Positions 1-9,801 of a DNA stretch of 32,000 nt are shown one piece after another. Each line of letters starts with the position of its first letter. The first letter of the stretch is position 1. A program made the translations under genes and the position numbers. Under the pieces are notes generated by a model, which saw only the letters and a list, made by a program, of their open reading frames with translations, was not told where the DNA came from and made no database searches. Origin of the DNA: Cuniculiplasma divulgatum (lineage in GTDB: Archaea > Thermoplasmatota > Thermoplasmata > Thermoplasmatales > Thermoplasmataceae); contig NZ_LT671858.1 in the NCBI RefSeq assembly GCF_900083515.1, positions 300,001 to 332,000 on the forward strand. Direction: 5' to 3'.

Positions 1-609
1 TTCATCTATCCCGACTATCTCAATGATCCTTACAATAGAAAGGTTCTTTATAAGTTCTCTACCTGGTGCTGTTCTTGAAATATTTGGTATTTTCACTGCT
101 TCTTCCCCTGATATATATTTTACCCTGATATCGTGATTTTCCATTATGGCTCCATTAACTCTGTTTATTATTTCCTGGGCCATATCCTGAGAAAAATCCT
201 CAATGGAAAAGTCCACTCTCGCCCTATCCTCATATATCTGACTACCGGTGATCAGACCTTCATAATCAGGCATTTTATTTACAATTCCATCTATGAGATG
301 AATAGAGGTATGAAACTTCATGTAACTGTATCTTTTATGCCAGTCTATGGTTCCATGAAAGTGATCTCCTTCCTTTAAATCATCAAAAGGACCGTCGATA
401 AGAAGAAGTACCTCTTCTCCCTCTTTTACGGTGTTACCAACCCTGTACTCTTTTCCATTTACCGTAAGAATTCCTGAATCTCCTGGCTGCCCCCCTCCTG
501 AAGGATAGAAAACTGTTCGATCAGGAATAACCCCTTTATCGTTAATCCTGTTAATTCTGCCATCACATTCCTTCAAATATGAATCGTTGAAATATAATTT
601 CTCCGTCAT
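1..609 (-). CDS. alaX: Alanyl-tRNA editing protein AlaX (free-standing AlaRS editing-domain homologue); C-terminal part cut by window edge
   Basis: Absent from the ORF track because it runs off the window. Hand translation of the minus strand from the ATG at 609-607 gives MTEKLYFNDSYLKECDGRINRINDKGVIPDRTVFYPSGGGQPGDSGILTVNGKEY...HFHGTIDWHKRYSYMKFHTSIHLIDG... The frame is open for all 203 codons to position 1. FYPxGGGQPxDxG and the HxxxH zinc motif are hallmarks of AlaX/AlaRS editing domains. Confidence 0.8.
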   Translation of the reverse strand, partial: MTEKLYFNDSYLKECDGRINRINDKGVIPDRTVFYPSGGGQPGDSGILTVNGKEYRVGNTVKEGEEVLLLIDGPFDDLKEGDHFHGTIDWHKRYSYMKFHTSIHLIDGIVNKMPDYEGLITGSQIYEDRARVDFSIEDFSQDMAQEIINRVNGAIMENHDIRVKYISGEEAVKIPNISRTAPGRELIKNLSIVRIIEIVGIDE

Positions 610-756
610 TATTTTTCTATTCTAACATTGTATATATCTCTATGCAATCGTGTCAGTTATATCAACTCCTACTGTTATCTCATTTCCAAAAAATTAAGAG
701 TATTGAAGATATGCGCAACAACGAGAAGTTTCTGGGATAAGTCATTTGAATACATA

Positions 757-1272
757 ATGGGCATTTTTGCGTTCATTGCTCCACTCATTTCAACCTACAT
801 AATAGTGAGGCTACTTTCAAGAAAAAACACTGCATGGTTATTTGTAATAATTAATGTCATAGTTATTTCCATTATCCCCTTCATTTTTGGATTGTTTTTC
901 AGACTTTCATCAATTCTGGATATAGCAATACTGATGATTATTTACTCTCTCATATTCGTTCCAGTGACAACATCTATATTAAGATCAAGAAGAAAGAGGT
1001 TAAATTTCCAGGGAAAATGGAATATTATAACAGCATTTAGAAAACACTGGGTAATTTACGCAGCTTCAATGGTTTTTTATACATTCAGCCTAGTATTCAT
1101 ATGGTCCTTTGCCTTTGATGTTCCATCGTCCTTAAGCAACCTTATTTTCTATGTTTTCACTGGGTTTCTCACATTTTATTATCTTATACTTGGATTTGGC
1201 ATAGCCAGAGTGGGCATGGAAGAAAAAAGGAAAAGAAAGAGGGAGATGGAGCAGAACAGAACAATTCAATAA
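757..1272 (+). CDS. Hypothetical polytopic membrane protein with Lys/Arg-rich C-terminal tail
   Basis: The track ORF 628..1272 starts at a TTG. The first ATG, at 757 (MGIFAFIAPLISTYIIV...), opens directly into a hydrophobic helix. There are about 5-6 predicted TM segments and a tail EEKRKRKREMEQ. No family recognised. Confidence 0.5.
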   Translation: MGIFAFIAPLISTYIIVRLLSRKNTAWLFVIINVIVISIIPFIFGLFFRLSSILDIAILMIIYSLIFVPVTTSILRSRRKRLNFQGKWNIITAFRKHWVIYAASMVFYTFSLVFIWSFAFDVPSSLSNLIFYVFTGFLTFYYLILGFGIARVGMEEKRKRKREMEQNRTIQ

Positions 1273-1331
1273 TTGTATTCTTTCAATATTTTTTCCAGAA
1301 ATATTCTTAAGCTGATTTTTAATATCAGAGT

Positions 1332-2276
1332 ATGGATAGCACTGGTATTAGAATACGATTGGCAACAATACTGGCAGGGATAGGCATCGCAGTTATTGCT
1401 GGTCTTATAATTTCAGTGGTGGCAAATTATTTCTTTAACCTATCATATTCTTTTTCATTTCTTGGAATAATACTTGTGATTGTGCTCATAATGGACATTG
1501 CTCAATATCTTCTTTCTCCATATATTATAGGAAGAATGTATCATCTGAGAAAGGTAAATCCACAGGATCCATCAACCGCATGGCTGTATGCTTCCTTACA
1601 GCAGGTATGCAGCTATAATAACCAGAGGGTTCCGGAACTTTTCATTGCCGAAACTCCAGTAGCAAATGCATTTGCATACGGTTCCCTTCTTTCAGGAAGA
1701 AGAATGGCAGTGACAAGAGGTCTCCTTAACATTCTCAATAGAGATGAGGTTGAAGCTGTAATGGGTCACGAAATTGGGCATCTTAAGCATCATGATGTTG
1801 CGCTCTTACTGGCAATAGGTTTGATACCAACCATAATCTTCTACTTTGGATATTCCATGTTATTTGGAGGAGGAAGAAAGGGTGGTAACGGTTCAATATT
1901 CATAATAGCACTGGTAATGATGGGTGTGAGTTTTGTATTCAATATCATGATCCTTGGGGTTAACAGGATGAGGGAGTCATATGCCGATGTAAATTCAGCC
2001 CAAACAATACCCGGTGGAGCCGAAAACCTACAGACTGCTCTCGCTAAAATTGTAGCCTCAACACCCCAGAAAAAGCATCTTAGAAAAAGTGCAGGAAGTT
2101 CAACAAGCAGTATGCTGATGTTTTCAGGGCTTGATCAGGGAGAAATGAAAGATCACAGGAGACTTTTAGAGGAATGGAAGCATATGAAAATATCACTTTC
2201 GCAGTCAATTTTTAGTGATCATCCTCATCCTGCAAAGAGGATACAAATGCTTGAAAAACTAAAGAAAGTTCAATAG
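1332..2276 (+). CDS. htpX: HtpX-like M48 zinc metalloprotease (membrane)
   Basis: 314 aa. N-terminal TM helices, the HExxH motif in MGHEIGHLKHHD, further TM helices, then a downstream ESYAD glutamate ligand region. This is the typical HtpX layout. Confidence 0.85.
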   Translation: MDSTGIRIRLATILAGIGIAVIAGLIISVVANYFFNLSYSFSFLGIILVIVLIMDIAQYLLSPYIIGRMYHLRKVNPQDPSTAWLYASLQQVCSYNNQRVPELFIAETPVANAFAYGSLLSGRRMAVTRGLLNILNRDEVEAVMGHEIGHLKHHDVALLLAIGLIPTIIFYFGYSMLFGGGRKGGNGSIFIIALVMMGVSFVFNIMILGVNRMRESYADVNSAQTIPGGAENLQTALAKIVASTPQKKHLRKSAGSSTSSMLMFSGLDQGEMKDHRRLLEEWKHMKISLSQSIFSDHPHPAKRIQMLEKLKKVQ

Positions 2277-2349
2277 TTAAATATAACAAAAAAGGTCTAT
2301 AAGAGAGGGTTTTGTGATCTTACCAATTAGGAGAATAATTTCAATGCTC

Positions 2350-2961
2350 TTACTCCGGATTCTCTTTCATTCTGGGAGGTATCCTTCTTAGTATAAATGC
2401 ACCAATGAGGATCAGAACTGTTAGCGCAAGACCTCCATAAACACCACCTATATATTTCGTGTTAAGAAAAATAAACACTAGAATTGCTGCCACAATCATT
2501 ACATTAGAAATAACGTCGTTTCTTCTGGAAAATGGACTGGGCATTTTTGGAATGCTTTTCTCAAAATAACCTGTTAGTGCGAGATATATCATCGCCAGAA
2601 GAGTGTATTTACTGTCGTTTATTTCTGCTACAACATCATTATCTTCTCTCCTGATTGTAAGAACACTGACATTAGAATCACCTATGACTGTTTCAGAATT
2701 TTTATTTGAAACAATTGAACCAAGTTCATTCAATTTGACGAAATATTCTTCATTTCCAATAACAACGTTAAGGTTTCTTTTTATAATTCCTGCTCTCCCA
2801 TTTGAATCGTAAATTACAAGTCCGGCAGTGTTTCTTTTTATTATTGCATTGAAGTTACCTGAAATATTTATTGACAGATTTCCGGCAAATCCTGACCTGG
2901 TGATCGATGCAAATTCTCCCGTGCCAGAATCTACCTTGCCACTTGCATAGGTGAATTTCAT
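2350..2961 (-). CDS. Hypothetical protein: N-terminal soluble beta-rich domain plus C-terminal TM helices
   Basis: The track ORF 2350..2979 starts at TTG. The ATG at 2961 gives MKFTYASGKVDSG... About 125 aa are soluble and rich in G/N/S/I/V, followed by hydrophobic segments (LLAMIYLALTGYF, VMIVAAILVFIFL, GLALTVLILIGAFIL). No family recognised with confidence. Confidence 0.5.
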   Translation of the reverse strand: MKFTYASGKVDSGTGEFASITRSGFAGNLSINISGNFNAIIKRNTAGLVIYDSNGRAGIIKRNLNVVIGNEEYFVKLNELGSIVSNKNSETVIGDSNVSVLTIRREDNDVVAEINDSKYTLLAMIYLALTGYFEKSIPKMPSPFSRRNDVISNVMIVAAILVFIFLNTKYIGGVYGGLALTVLILIGAFILRRIPPRMKENPE

Positions 2962-3079
2962 CGGTTGCAATCGTAACAATCAATTATTATCTTTTCCCTG
3001 TTTGATTAACAATACCTGATCCAGTCGTGCCAATATTTTTATACCAAAGAATAATCAGTCTTTTTAGGGTCTAATGAAA

Positions 3080-3116
3080 CAGAGAAACTACAACAAATTT
3101 TGCAGGGATTTCTCTG
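3080..3116 (+). promoter_or_regulatory. Inverted repeat (8-bp stem, 21-nt loop) in the carA leader
   Basis: CAGAGAAA (3080-3087) is the perfect reverse complement of TTTCTCTG (3109-3116). It lies about 40 nt upstream of the carA start. Function unknown. Confidence 0.25.
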
Positions 3117-3136
3117 GATATGTCCGCGTCATGAAT

Positions 3137-3144
3137 AAAGGAGG
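3137..3144 (+). promoter_or_regulatory. Shine-Dalgarno-like element for carA
   Basis: AAAGGAGG ends 9 nt before the GTG at 3154. It abuts the TTG at 3145 used by the ORF track, so it supports GTG 3154 as the real start. Confidence 0.4.
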
Positions 3145-3153
3145 TTGCCTGAA

Positions 3154-4200
3154 GTGAGAAGATACCTTCTTCTCGAGGATGGCTCGTCCTTTGAGGGGAA
3201 GGCATTTGGTTCATGTGAAAACTCAACAGGTGAACTGGTCTTCAATACATCTTTCACAGGATATTATGAAATAATGACTGATCCATCATACGGAGGTCAG
3301 ATCATAGTTTTCAACTTTCCCTCAATGTTTTACTATGACTATATGAAGGATGTAGCCCAGAGTGATGGGATAAGCGCAAGTGGAATAGTAGTCAAGGATG
3401 GAATCATTCCAGGAAACGGTACTTTTAAAATTCTGGATGATCTATTAAAATTGAAACATGTTCCAGGAATATATGGTATTGATACCAGAAAGTTAACCCA
3501 AAAAATAAGGGATTCTGGTAATCTTAAGGGGATCATAAGCTCTACAGATAGGATGCCAGATAATTTTTCAGAAATGGATACTGAGGATTTAATAAAAAAA
3601 TTTTCAACAGGAAAATCGTATAACATTAAGGGCGAAGGTAATAAGAAAATTCTCTTTATTGACATGGGCACAAAGACATCACTCCTAAGGGAAGTTTCAC
3701 AGCTAGGCGATCTTGAAGTTGTGAATATCTTCAATCTTCCAAAAAACTATGAAGATTATGATGGAATCTTTCTCTCAAACGGTCCCGGCGATCCAGGTAA
3801 CAAAGTATTCAGTGAACTCAAGGGAGAACTGAAAAATGTGATAGGTAAGGTACCAGTCTTTGGTGTTTGTTTAGGACACCAGATAATTGGTGAGGTTATT
3901 GGAGGCAGGATAGAAAAGATGAAATTCGGTCATCATGGTTCAAATCATTCTGTTGGGAATGGACAAAGATCGTTTATTACATCACATAACCATAATTTCA
4001 GAATAGCAGAAGATTCACTGTATATTAAAGGAGTGGATATAATGTACAGGGACCTGAATGACGGCACTCCTGAAATGATGGGAATAGAGGACAAAATGCT
4101 TCTAAGCGCACAGTTTCATCCCGAAGGCTCGCCTGGACCAAGGGATAGCACCGGATTTTTTAATTTAATGAGGAGTGTAATGGATGGTATCAGAAACTAG
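3154..4200 (+). CDS. carA: Carbamoyl-phosphate synthase small (glutaminase) subunit
   Basis: The N-terminal RRYLLLEDGSSFEGKAFG...GELVFNTSFTGYYEIMTDPSYGGQI matches the CarA N-domain. The class I amidotransferase triad context is VFGVCLGHQ ... QFHPEGSPGPRD. Start ambiguous: TTG 3145 (track) or GTG 3154 (preferred on RBS spacing). Confidence 0.9.
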   Translation: MRRYLLLEDGSSFEGKAFGSCENSTGELVFNTSFTGYYEIMTDPSYGGQIIVFNFPSMFYYDYMKDVAQSDGISASGIVVKDGIIPGNGTFKILDDLLKLKHVPGIYGIDTRKLTQKIRDSGNLKGIISSTDRMPDNFSEMDTEDLIKKFSTGKSYNIKGEGNKKILFIDMGTKTSLLREVSQLGDLEVVNIFNLPKNYEDYDGIFLSNGPGDPGNKVFSELKGELKNVIGKVPVFGVCLGHQIIGEVIGGRIEKMKFGHHGSNHSVGNGQRSFITSHNHNFRIAEDSLYIKGVDIMYRDLNDGTPEMMGIEDKMLLSAQFHPEGSPGPRDSTGFFNLMRSVMDGIRN

Positions 4201-7180
4201 TGAAGAGGTTATGAGGGTACTTGTGATTGGTTCAGGTCCTGTGGTTATAGGGCAATCTGCAGAATTTGATTATGCAGGAACTCAGGCATGCAGGATATTA
4301 AGGGAAAGAAGCATTTACACAATCCTCCTTAATTCTAATCCAGCAACAATTCAGACTGATAATTACAACGCAGATAGGGTATATATTGAACCCATAAACG
4401 TGGAAAATGCAGAACGTATAATTGAAACCGAGGGAGTGACCCACATAATAGGATCAATGGGAGGACAGACAGCTCTGAATCTTGTAATGGAACTTCATAA
4501 CAGTGGTTATCTTAGGGGAAAAAATGTAAAAATTTTAGGAACGCAGCCAGAATCCATAAGAATAGCAGAAGACAGGGAATTATTCCATTCAGTAATGGAA
4601 AAAAATGGCATAACAATACCATGGTCTGTTTCCCTCAAAAGGAGCAACTACAGGGAAGTTGCAACAGAAATTGATTACTTTCCGGTTATTCTCAGAACAT
4701 CCTTTTCTCTGGGAGGACTTTCAGGAAAAATCATTAATGATAGTTCAGAGCTGATCTCGGTTCTAGATGAAATATTTTCAGATTCAACTCAGAAATCTGT
4801 GGAAATAGAGAAATCCCTGTTGGGACTCATTGAAATGGAGTATGAAGTCATCAGAGATCATAGAGGAAATAGCATCATGGTATGCAACATGGAAAATCTT
4901 GATCCTATGGGAGTACATACAGGGGAGAGCATAGTCGTTACACCATCCCTTACGATTCCAGATAATATCCATCAGAAAATGAGGAAAACAGCACTGGATA
5001 TAGCTGAAATAGTCGGTATAGTTGGAGCATGCAATGTTCAGTTTGCAATAGATCTGGAAAGTGAAATTTTCTTCGTTGTTGAAATTAACCCCCGTACATC
5101 CAGATCTTCTGCTCTTGCTTCCAAGGCAAGTGGTTATCCTATAGCCAAGGTTGCAACAATGGTAATCTTAGGTGATTCCCTCTTTTCTATTTCTAATCCC
5201 ATAACTGAAAACACATCCGCTTCCTTTGAACCTTCAATGGATTATGTAATAGTGAAAATTCCCATATGGCCAGTTGGAAAATTCTCTGATTCAGGTACCA
5301 TCGGAATATCCATGAAATCCACAGGAGAGGCTATGGGCATAGGAAGATCCTTCGAGGAAGCTTTTCTTAAGGCTTTAGTATCGACAGAGCTTGATTTCAG
5401 CAAATACTTCTCAAAAGTAGGAAGGGATGAGATATTTAATAATTTAAAGACAGCAAACTGGGAGAGGCTTGGATATATAATATCTGCAATGAATATGGAG
5501 ATTGATTCTGAAAAGATTGCTGAATTAACAGGCTGGCAAATAAATATAGTCAATAGACTATCTAATATGTTCAAATTTCTTGGAAAGTGTGCAGAAAATA
5601 TTGAGGAATATCTGCCGGAACTTAAAAGATATGGCTATCCTGATAGAGTAATCTCCTGGAGATCTGGAATAAGCGAGTATGAAATCCTATTAATGAGAAA
5701 GAGAGTTTCTCTTTTTCCAAGCTTCAGGATGATCGATTCATCTTCATCTGAATTCAGTTCAAGGACAAAATATCTCTATTCTACATATTATGAGGATGAT
5801 GAGTGTGGTCCCTGGAAGAAGGATTCTGTACTAATTCTTGGATCAGGTCCAAACAGGATTGGACAGGGGCTTGAATTTGATTACAGTTCCGTAAAAGCAA
5901 TTCAGGCACTAAAAAAATTTGGTTACAGATCACTGATGATAAATTCTAATCCGGAAACTGTATCCACTGATTTTAACACATCTGACGAACTATATTTTGA
6001 TCCTATTTCACTCGAATATGTGAGCGGAATAATCGAAAAAAGGAAGCCATATGGAATAATCATCCAGTTCTCAGGTCAGACTGGGCAAAACATGGCATAT
6101 GAGATTGGAAAAATATACGGTGAAGATATAATTATGGGAACAAAGCCTTCTTCCATAGCCAGAATTGAAAACAGGTCAGTATTCTCAAGGGACCTCGATC
6201 AGCTGGGTATAACACAGGCCAGGTGGCATGAGGCATTCAGTATTAATGAAATAGTTGAAAAATCAAGATTGTTACAGAATAGGGTAATTATTAGGGGCAG
6301 CTTCATAATAGGAGGCTCTTCAATGTTCGTGAGCCGAACCTCAGCCGATATTGAAATATTCGTAAATAAAATGAAAAACAGTGCTGTTAAATTCCCATTA
6401 TTAATTTCTGAGCTAATCGAACAGGCCACTGAATATGATATGGATTTCGTAAGCAATAATAATCAGCTTCTGGTTGCAGGAATATTAAAACAAATTGAAC
6501 CGGCTGGAATTCACTCAGGAGATTCAATGGCAATTTGTGGTCCAGATATACCCAATAAGGAACTTGAAGAAAGGATGAGAGACATTGCTGCAAAATTTCT
6601 GAACTTTTACGCCATAACTGGATTTACAAACATTCAGTTCATGGAAAAGGATGGTCAGCTATATGTCATCGAACTCAATGCAAGAGCAAGCAGGACCGTT
6701 CCATTTATCAGTAAGTGGTCAGGTGTAAACTGGGTTGAAAATGGGATCGCAATGCTCCTTGGTAAGGACTGTATCATCAAAGAGGAAAATGTTAAGGACT
6801 ATGCGGTTAAGATACCGGTATTCCCTTTTAATAGATTTCACGATAGTGACTACCTTCTCTCCGCAGAGATGAGATCTACAGGGGAAGCTATGGTAAGGGC
6901 ACCAACATTTGATTTATTAAAGGAGAAGATCAAATCATTTTTAAGAATTCGTTCTGAGAGATACATATTTTACGGAAAAGATCACATCTTGCTCTTTGAT
7001 GATAATGGAAAAATGGAAATAAAAGAGGAGGATGCCATTAAAATTATAAATTCATCTGATAACATAAATGTGATTTGCAGTACTGACAGTCATCTAAGGA
7101 AAGAAATATCGCATATGGCAGATGTTAAAAAAATACCACTAATAAACAACCAGTATATATGGGAATTCATAGTAAAATAA
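4184..7180 (+). CDS. carB: Carbamoyl-phosphate synthase large subunit
   Basis: 998 aa with two ATP-grasp halves, each opening with the canonical box (VLVIGSGPVVIGQSAEFDYAGTQA and VLILGSGPNRIGQGLEFDYS). Also has EINPRTSRSSALASKASGYPIAK and STGEAMG/STGEAMV motifs. Overlaps the carA stop by 17 nt; an alternative ATG at 4211 would remove the overlap. Confidence 0.9.
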   Translation: MVSETSEEVMRVLVIGSGPVVIGQSAEFDYAGTQACRILRERSIYTILLNSNPATIQTDNYNADRVYIEPINVENAERIIETEGVTHIIGSMGGQTALNLVMELHNSGYLRGKNVKILGTQPESIRIAEDRELFHSVMEKNGITIPWSVSLKRSNYREVATEIDYFPVILRTSFSLGGLSGKIINDSSELISVLDEIFSDSTQKSVEIEKSLLGLIEMEYEVIRDHRGNSIMVCNMENLDPMGVHTGESIVVTPSLTIPDNIHQKMRKTALDIAEIVGIVGACNVQFAIDLESEIFFVVEINPRTSRSSALASKASGYPIAKVATMVILGDSLFSISNPITENTSASFEPSMDYVIVKIPIWPVGKFSDSGTIGISMKSTGEAMGIGRSFEEAFLKALVSTELDFSKYFSKVGRDEIFNNLKTANWERLGYIISAMNMEIDSEKIAELTGWQINIVNRLSNMFKFLGKCAENIEEYLPELKRYGYPDRVISWRSGISEYEILLMRKRVSLFPSFRMIDSSSSEFSSRTKYLYSTYYEDDECGPWKKDSVLILGSGPNRIGQGLEFDYSSVKAIQALKKFGYRSLMINSNPETVSTDFNTSDELYFDPISLEYVSGIIEKRKPYGIIIQFSGQTGQNMAYEIGKIYGEDIIMGTKPSSIARIENRSVFSRDLDQLGITQARWHEAFSINEIVEKSRLLQNRVIIRGSFIIGGSSMFVSRTSADIEIFVNKMKNSAVKFPLLISELIEQATEYDMDFVSNNNQLLVAGILKQIEPAGIHSGDSMAICGPDIPNKELEERMRDIAAKFLNFYAITGFTNIQFMEKDGQLYVIELNARASRTVPFISKWSGVNWVENGIAMLLGKDCIIKEENVKDYAVKIPVFPFNRFHDSDYLLSAEMRSTGEAMVRAPTFDLLKEKIKSFLRIRSERYIFYGKDHILLFDDNGKMEIKEEDAIKIINSSDNINVICSTDSHLRKEISHMADVKKIPLINNQYIWEFIVK

Positions 7181-7194
7181 TAATATTATTAATT

Positions 7195-8640
7195 TTAGAG
7201 TGGTGAAGTTGGAAATCTCTTCTTTGTATTCTCTATTTCCTCAACGACTCTCTTCTTGAATGAATCAAATTCCTTTGGAGTTTTGGGGTAGTTCTCGTAT
7301 ATCTTGTTCATTTCATTCATCTTCCTCACCGTATATACAAGATTTGAGAACGCATTCATGTTTTTCATCCCTTTTATTATCATCTTAGCTTTTCCTGCAA
7401 GAGAAAGCTCTGGAATCATTCCGACAGTCAGATCACTGGCTTCCTTTTTAGTCAGGAACGTTTTCATACCATAATTCAGAATATCGTTGTTTACTGATTG
7501 CAGATAAATCCTGAAAACTTCCATTCCAGCCATTTTCATTCCGTATTTTTCATTAAAGTCAAGATTATACTTCCAGAGACCTGATATGGACACGTCTCCC
7601 TTTGATATGGATTGTGCTGCATTTCTTCCTGCAATAACTCCTGCAATAAGTGCTGGTCCAATGCCTCCTGCACTGATTGGATTAGGCATGGTCATGCTAT
7701 CGCCTGCACCCATATATCCATTGTAAACAAGGCTCTCCATCTGTCTTCTAACTGGAACAGACCATATACCCTTTCCATTATTGTCAGTTTCATCAACACT
7801 TAGATTTTTGAAATTTGGAAGCCACTTTACGTAGTTGTCTATGAGGGTCTGCAGATTGTCATTTCTTCCCATTTTCTTGTTTCTTATATCAAGAGCCTTT
7901 TTCTGAACACCCAGTCCTATATTCACCTTTCCGTTAGACTTGGGAAAAACCCAGCCATAACCCCCAGGAGCAAGTTCATTGTTGAGATGGATTAATGCAT
8001 ATCTGCTATCATAATAATTTGAGTCCTCTTTCTCAAGCTCAAAATTATAAATATATCTGCCAGTGCTCTCAATATCATCAATATCAACCATTCTATCCAC
8101 AAAGTTATTTTCAGGTAGTTTTCTCCTCAGAACTGTTGATACACCAAGTGAATCAATAACTATTTTTGATCTGAATTCTACATTCTTTCCATCCTGATCT
8201 CTACCTGTTATACCCTTAATAAAACCGTCCTCAACTATGGGTCCAGTAACCTCGAATTTGGACATGTAATCAATCTTTTCGCTTCTTGCAATGGATAGAA
8301 GCTTTCTTTCAAAGACTGGCCTGTTAAGTGAAAAACCCTTCCCATCGAAAGGGTAGCGGGAATTAAGATCTGGAGATAGAGCCATAACTCCGTCTACCGG
8401 AAGATCTAGTTCAGGACTTGAAAACTTCACTCCAAGGCTCTCCTCTATATAGTCTATATGGGATGCTGCAACCGCATCACCACATGTCCAGCCCCAGTTA
8501 GTTTTTCTACCAACATTTTTCTCCTCGTTCCTATCAACAAGCAGAACTGATACTCCTCCTCTTGCGGCCATCGTTGCTGCCAGAGTTCCAGCCAGACCAG
8601 CACCAGCCACAATTAAATCATAATCGTTTTTAACCGACAT
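7195..8640 (-). CDS. Geranylgeranyl reductase family flavoprotein (Sulfolobus-type digeranylgeranylglycerophospholipid reductase-like)
   Basis: FAD-binding fold DYDLIVAGAGLAGTLAA...LLVD, then CGDAV, PGGYGWVFPKSNGKVNIGLG and GAGDSMTMPNPISAGGIG. The length (481 aa) and the C-terminal helical extension (NYGMK..., YENYPKTP) resemble my recollection of the long crenarchaeal-type GGR rather than the ~396-aa form. Confidence 0.75.
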   Translation of the reverse strand: MSVKNDYDLIVAGAGLAGTLAATMAARGGVSVLLVDRNEEKNVGRKTNWGWTCGDAVAASHIDYIEESLGVKFSSPELDLPVDGVMALSPDLNSRYPFDGKGFSLNRPVFERKLLSIARSEKIDYMSKFEVTGPIVEDGFIKGITGRDQDGKNVEFRSKIVIDSLGVSTVLRRKLPENNFVDRMVDIDDIESTGRYIYNFELEKEDSNYYDSRYALIHLNNELAPGGYGWVFPKSNGKVNIGLGVQKKALDIRNKKMGRNDNLQTLIDNYVKWLPNFKNLSVDETDNNGKGIWSVPVRRQMESLVYNGYMGAGDSMTMPNPISAGGIGPALIAGVIAGRNAAQSISKGDVSISGLWKYNLDFNEKYGMKMAGMEVFRIYLQSVNNDILNYGMKTFLTKKEASDLTVGMIPELSLAGKAKMIIKGMKNMNAFSNLVYTVRKMNEMNKIYENYPKTPKEFDSFKKRVVEEIENTKKRFPTSPL

Positions 8641-8906
8641 ACTAATTCCTTTTAAACTGTATATTTGATAACTTTTAAATATTTTTTAATTCAGGCAGTT
8701 ACATATATTTTAAAAGGTGAATGACAATGAATTGAGGATGGTTAGAGATTATAATAAAATACATTATTAAAGATCAAAGGTCAGGTAAAATATTGTCAAC
8801 TTCTTAGCTCATAAAGACACGTTTATCGTGATATATCTGTAAAGAGCGTATCAATGACATTAAAAAAACTCAAACGTTTTCATTCTAAAGGTTAAATTAT
8901 GTAAAA

Positions 8907-9560
8907 TCAATTGAACGGATTCTCGCCAATAGTGTTCATACCCTCAAAGAATATACTATCTCCCTTCATAGAAAATCTAGGGAATATCATGCCAACACCT
9001 GATGAAACAGCTTCAAAAAAAGCCTCTGCAAATATAGGATCCGTTACTATATTCGGGTAAAAGTATTTTGTATTTCTGCGAAAAAGTAGAAAAATAAGGT
9101 TTGTGTCCATACCTTCATTTCTCATTTTTGTCAGATTACGAATATGTTTTGCTCCCCTGGATGTTGGCGCGTCCGGAAAAATGACATATTCTCCTAATTG
9201 CATGGAACAGCCCTTTACCTCAACATATCCATCCTCTATTCCGAAGTCATATCTCGAATCGCCGTGAGTTACTTCCCTTCGGAAACTCCCATTAATAAAT
9301 ATTTCTGCAATTCTATTGTGAAATCTTGTATCAATTAATATTTCTTCACCATTGTGAATCACGGAGGTAATTGAAAACGATGTCTTTTCTCCCTTAGTCT
9401 TCCTTATATTAACTTTAGAGCCTGGAAAGATAAGCTCTTTTAGTCTCCCAGGATCATGAAGGTGAACATTCAAAGTTCTACCTGAAGATTCGACCTCTAC
9501 TAGAAAACGGTTTTTTCTTTCTATAACAGTTGCTTCCGTAAGCTCAGAGTCAATTTTCAT
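8907..9560 (-). CDS. sfsA: SfsA-family protein (sugar fermentation stimulation protein homologue, nuclease-like fold)
   Basis: ATVIERKNRFLVEV...LHDPGRLKELI... and EVKGC...FPDAPTSRGAKH are typical SfsA blocks. The track start 9596 is a GTG. The ATG at 9560 (MKIDSELTEATVIERKNRF) matches usual SfsA N-termini. Confidence 0.8.
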   Translation of the reverse strand: MKIDSELTEATVIERKNRFLVEVESSGRTLNVHLHDPGRLKELIFPGSKVNIRKTKGEKTSFSITSVIHNGEEILIDTRFHNRIAEIFINGSFRREVTHGDSRYDFGIEDGYVEVKGCSMQLGEYVIFPDAPTSRGAKHIRNLTKMRNEGMDTNLIFLLFRRNTKYFYPNIVTDPIFAEAFFEAVSSGVGMIFPRFSMKGDSIFFEGMNTIGENPFN

Positions 9561-9801
9561 TACTCTGTGTCCATATTCTATTTTTCTAAATTCCACAGTT
9601 TAGAATGATATAAATGTTATTTATTATGTCGCTGATATCTTAAGAGAAACCCTTCAGGATCAAGAAGATACCTGATAAGTGCATTTAGGATTTGCCAAAT
9701 GGAATACTAAATTTAAATTTGAATGTGATATTTTGTTATTTAAAAAGCACATAGAGGGAACCATACATAGGATTTTTAATCCAGTCCTTATTAACTGATT
9801 C

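Noticed and set aside
7178-7191. A perfect 14-nt palindrome, TAATAATATTATTA, spanning the carB stop, between convergent carB and the reductase gene.
   Set aside because: It is made only of A and T in an AT-rich 14-nt spacer, so a hairpin would be very weak, especially in a thermo- or acidophile. It is explainable by two facing stop codons plus AT bias.
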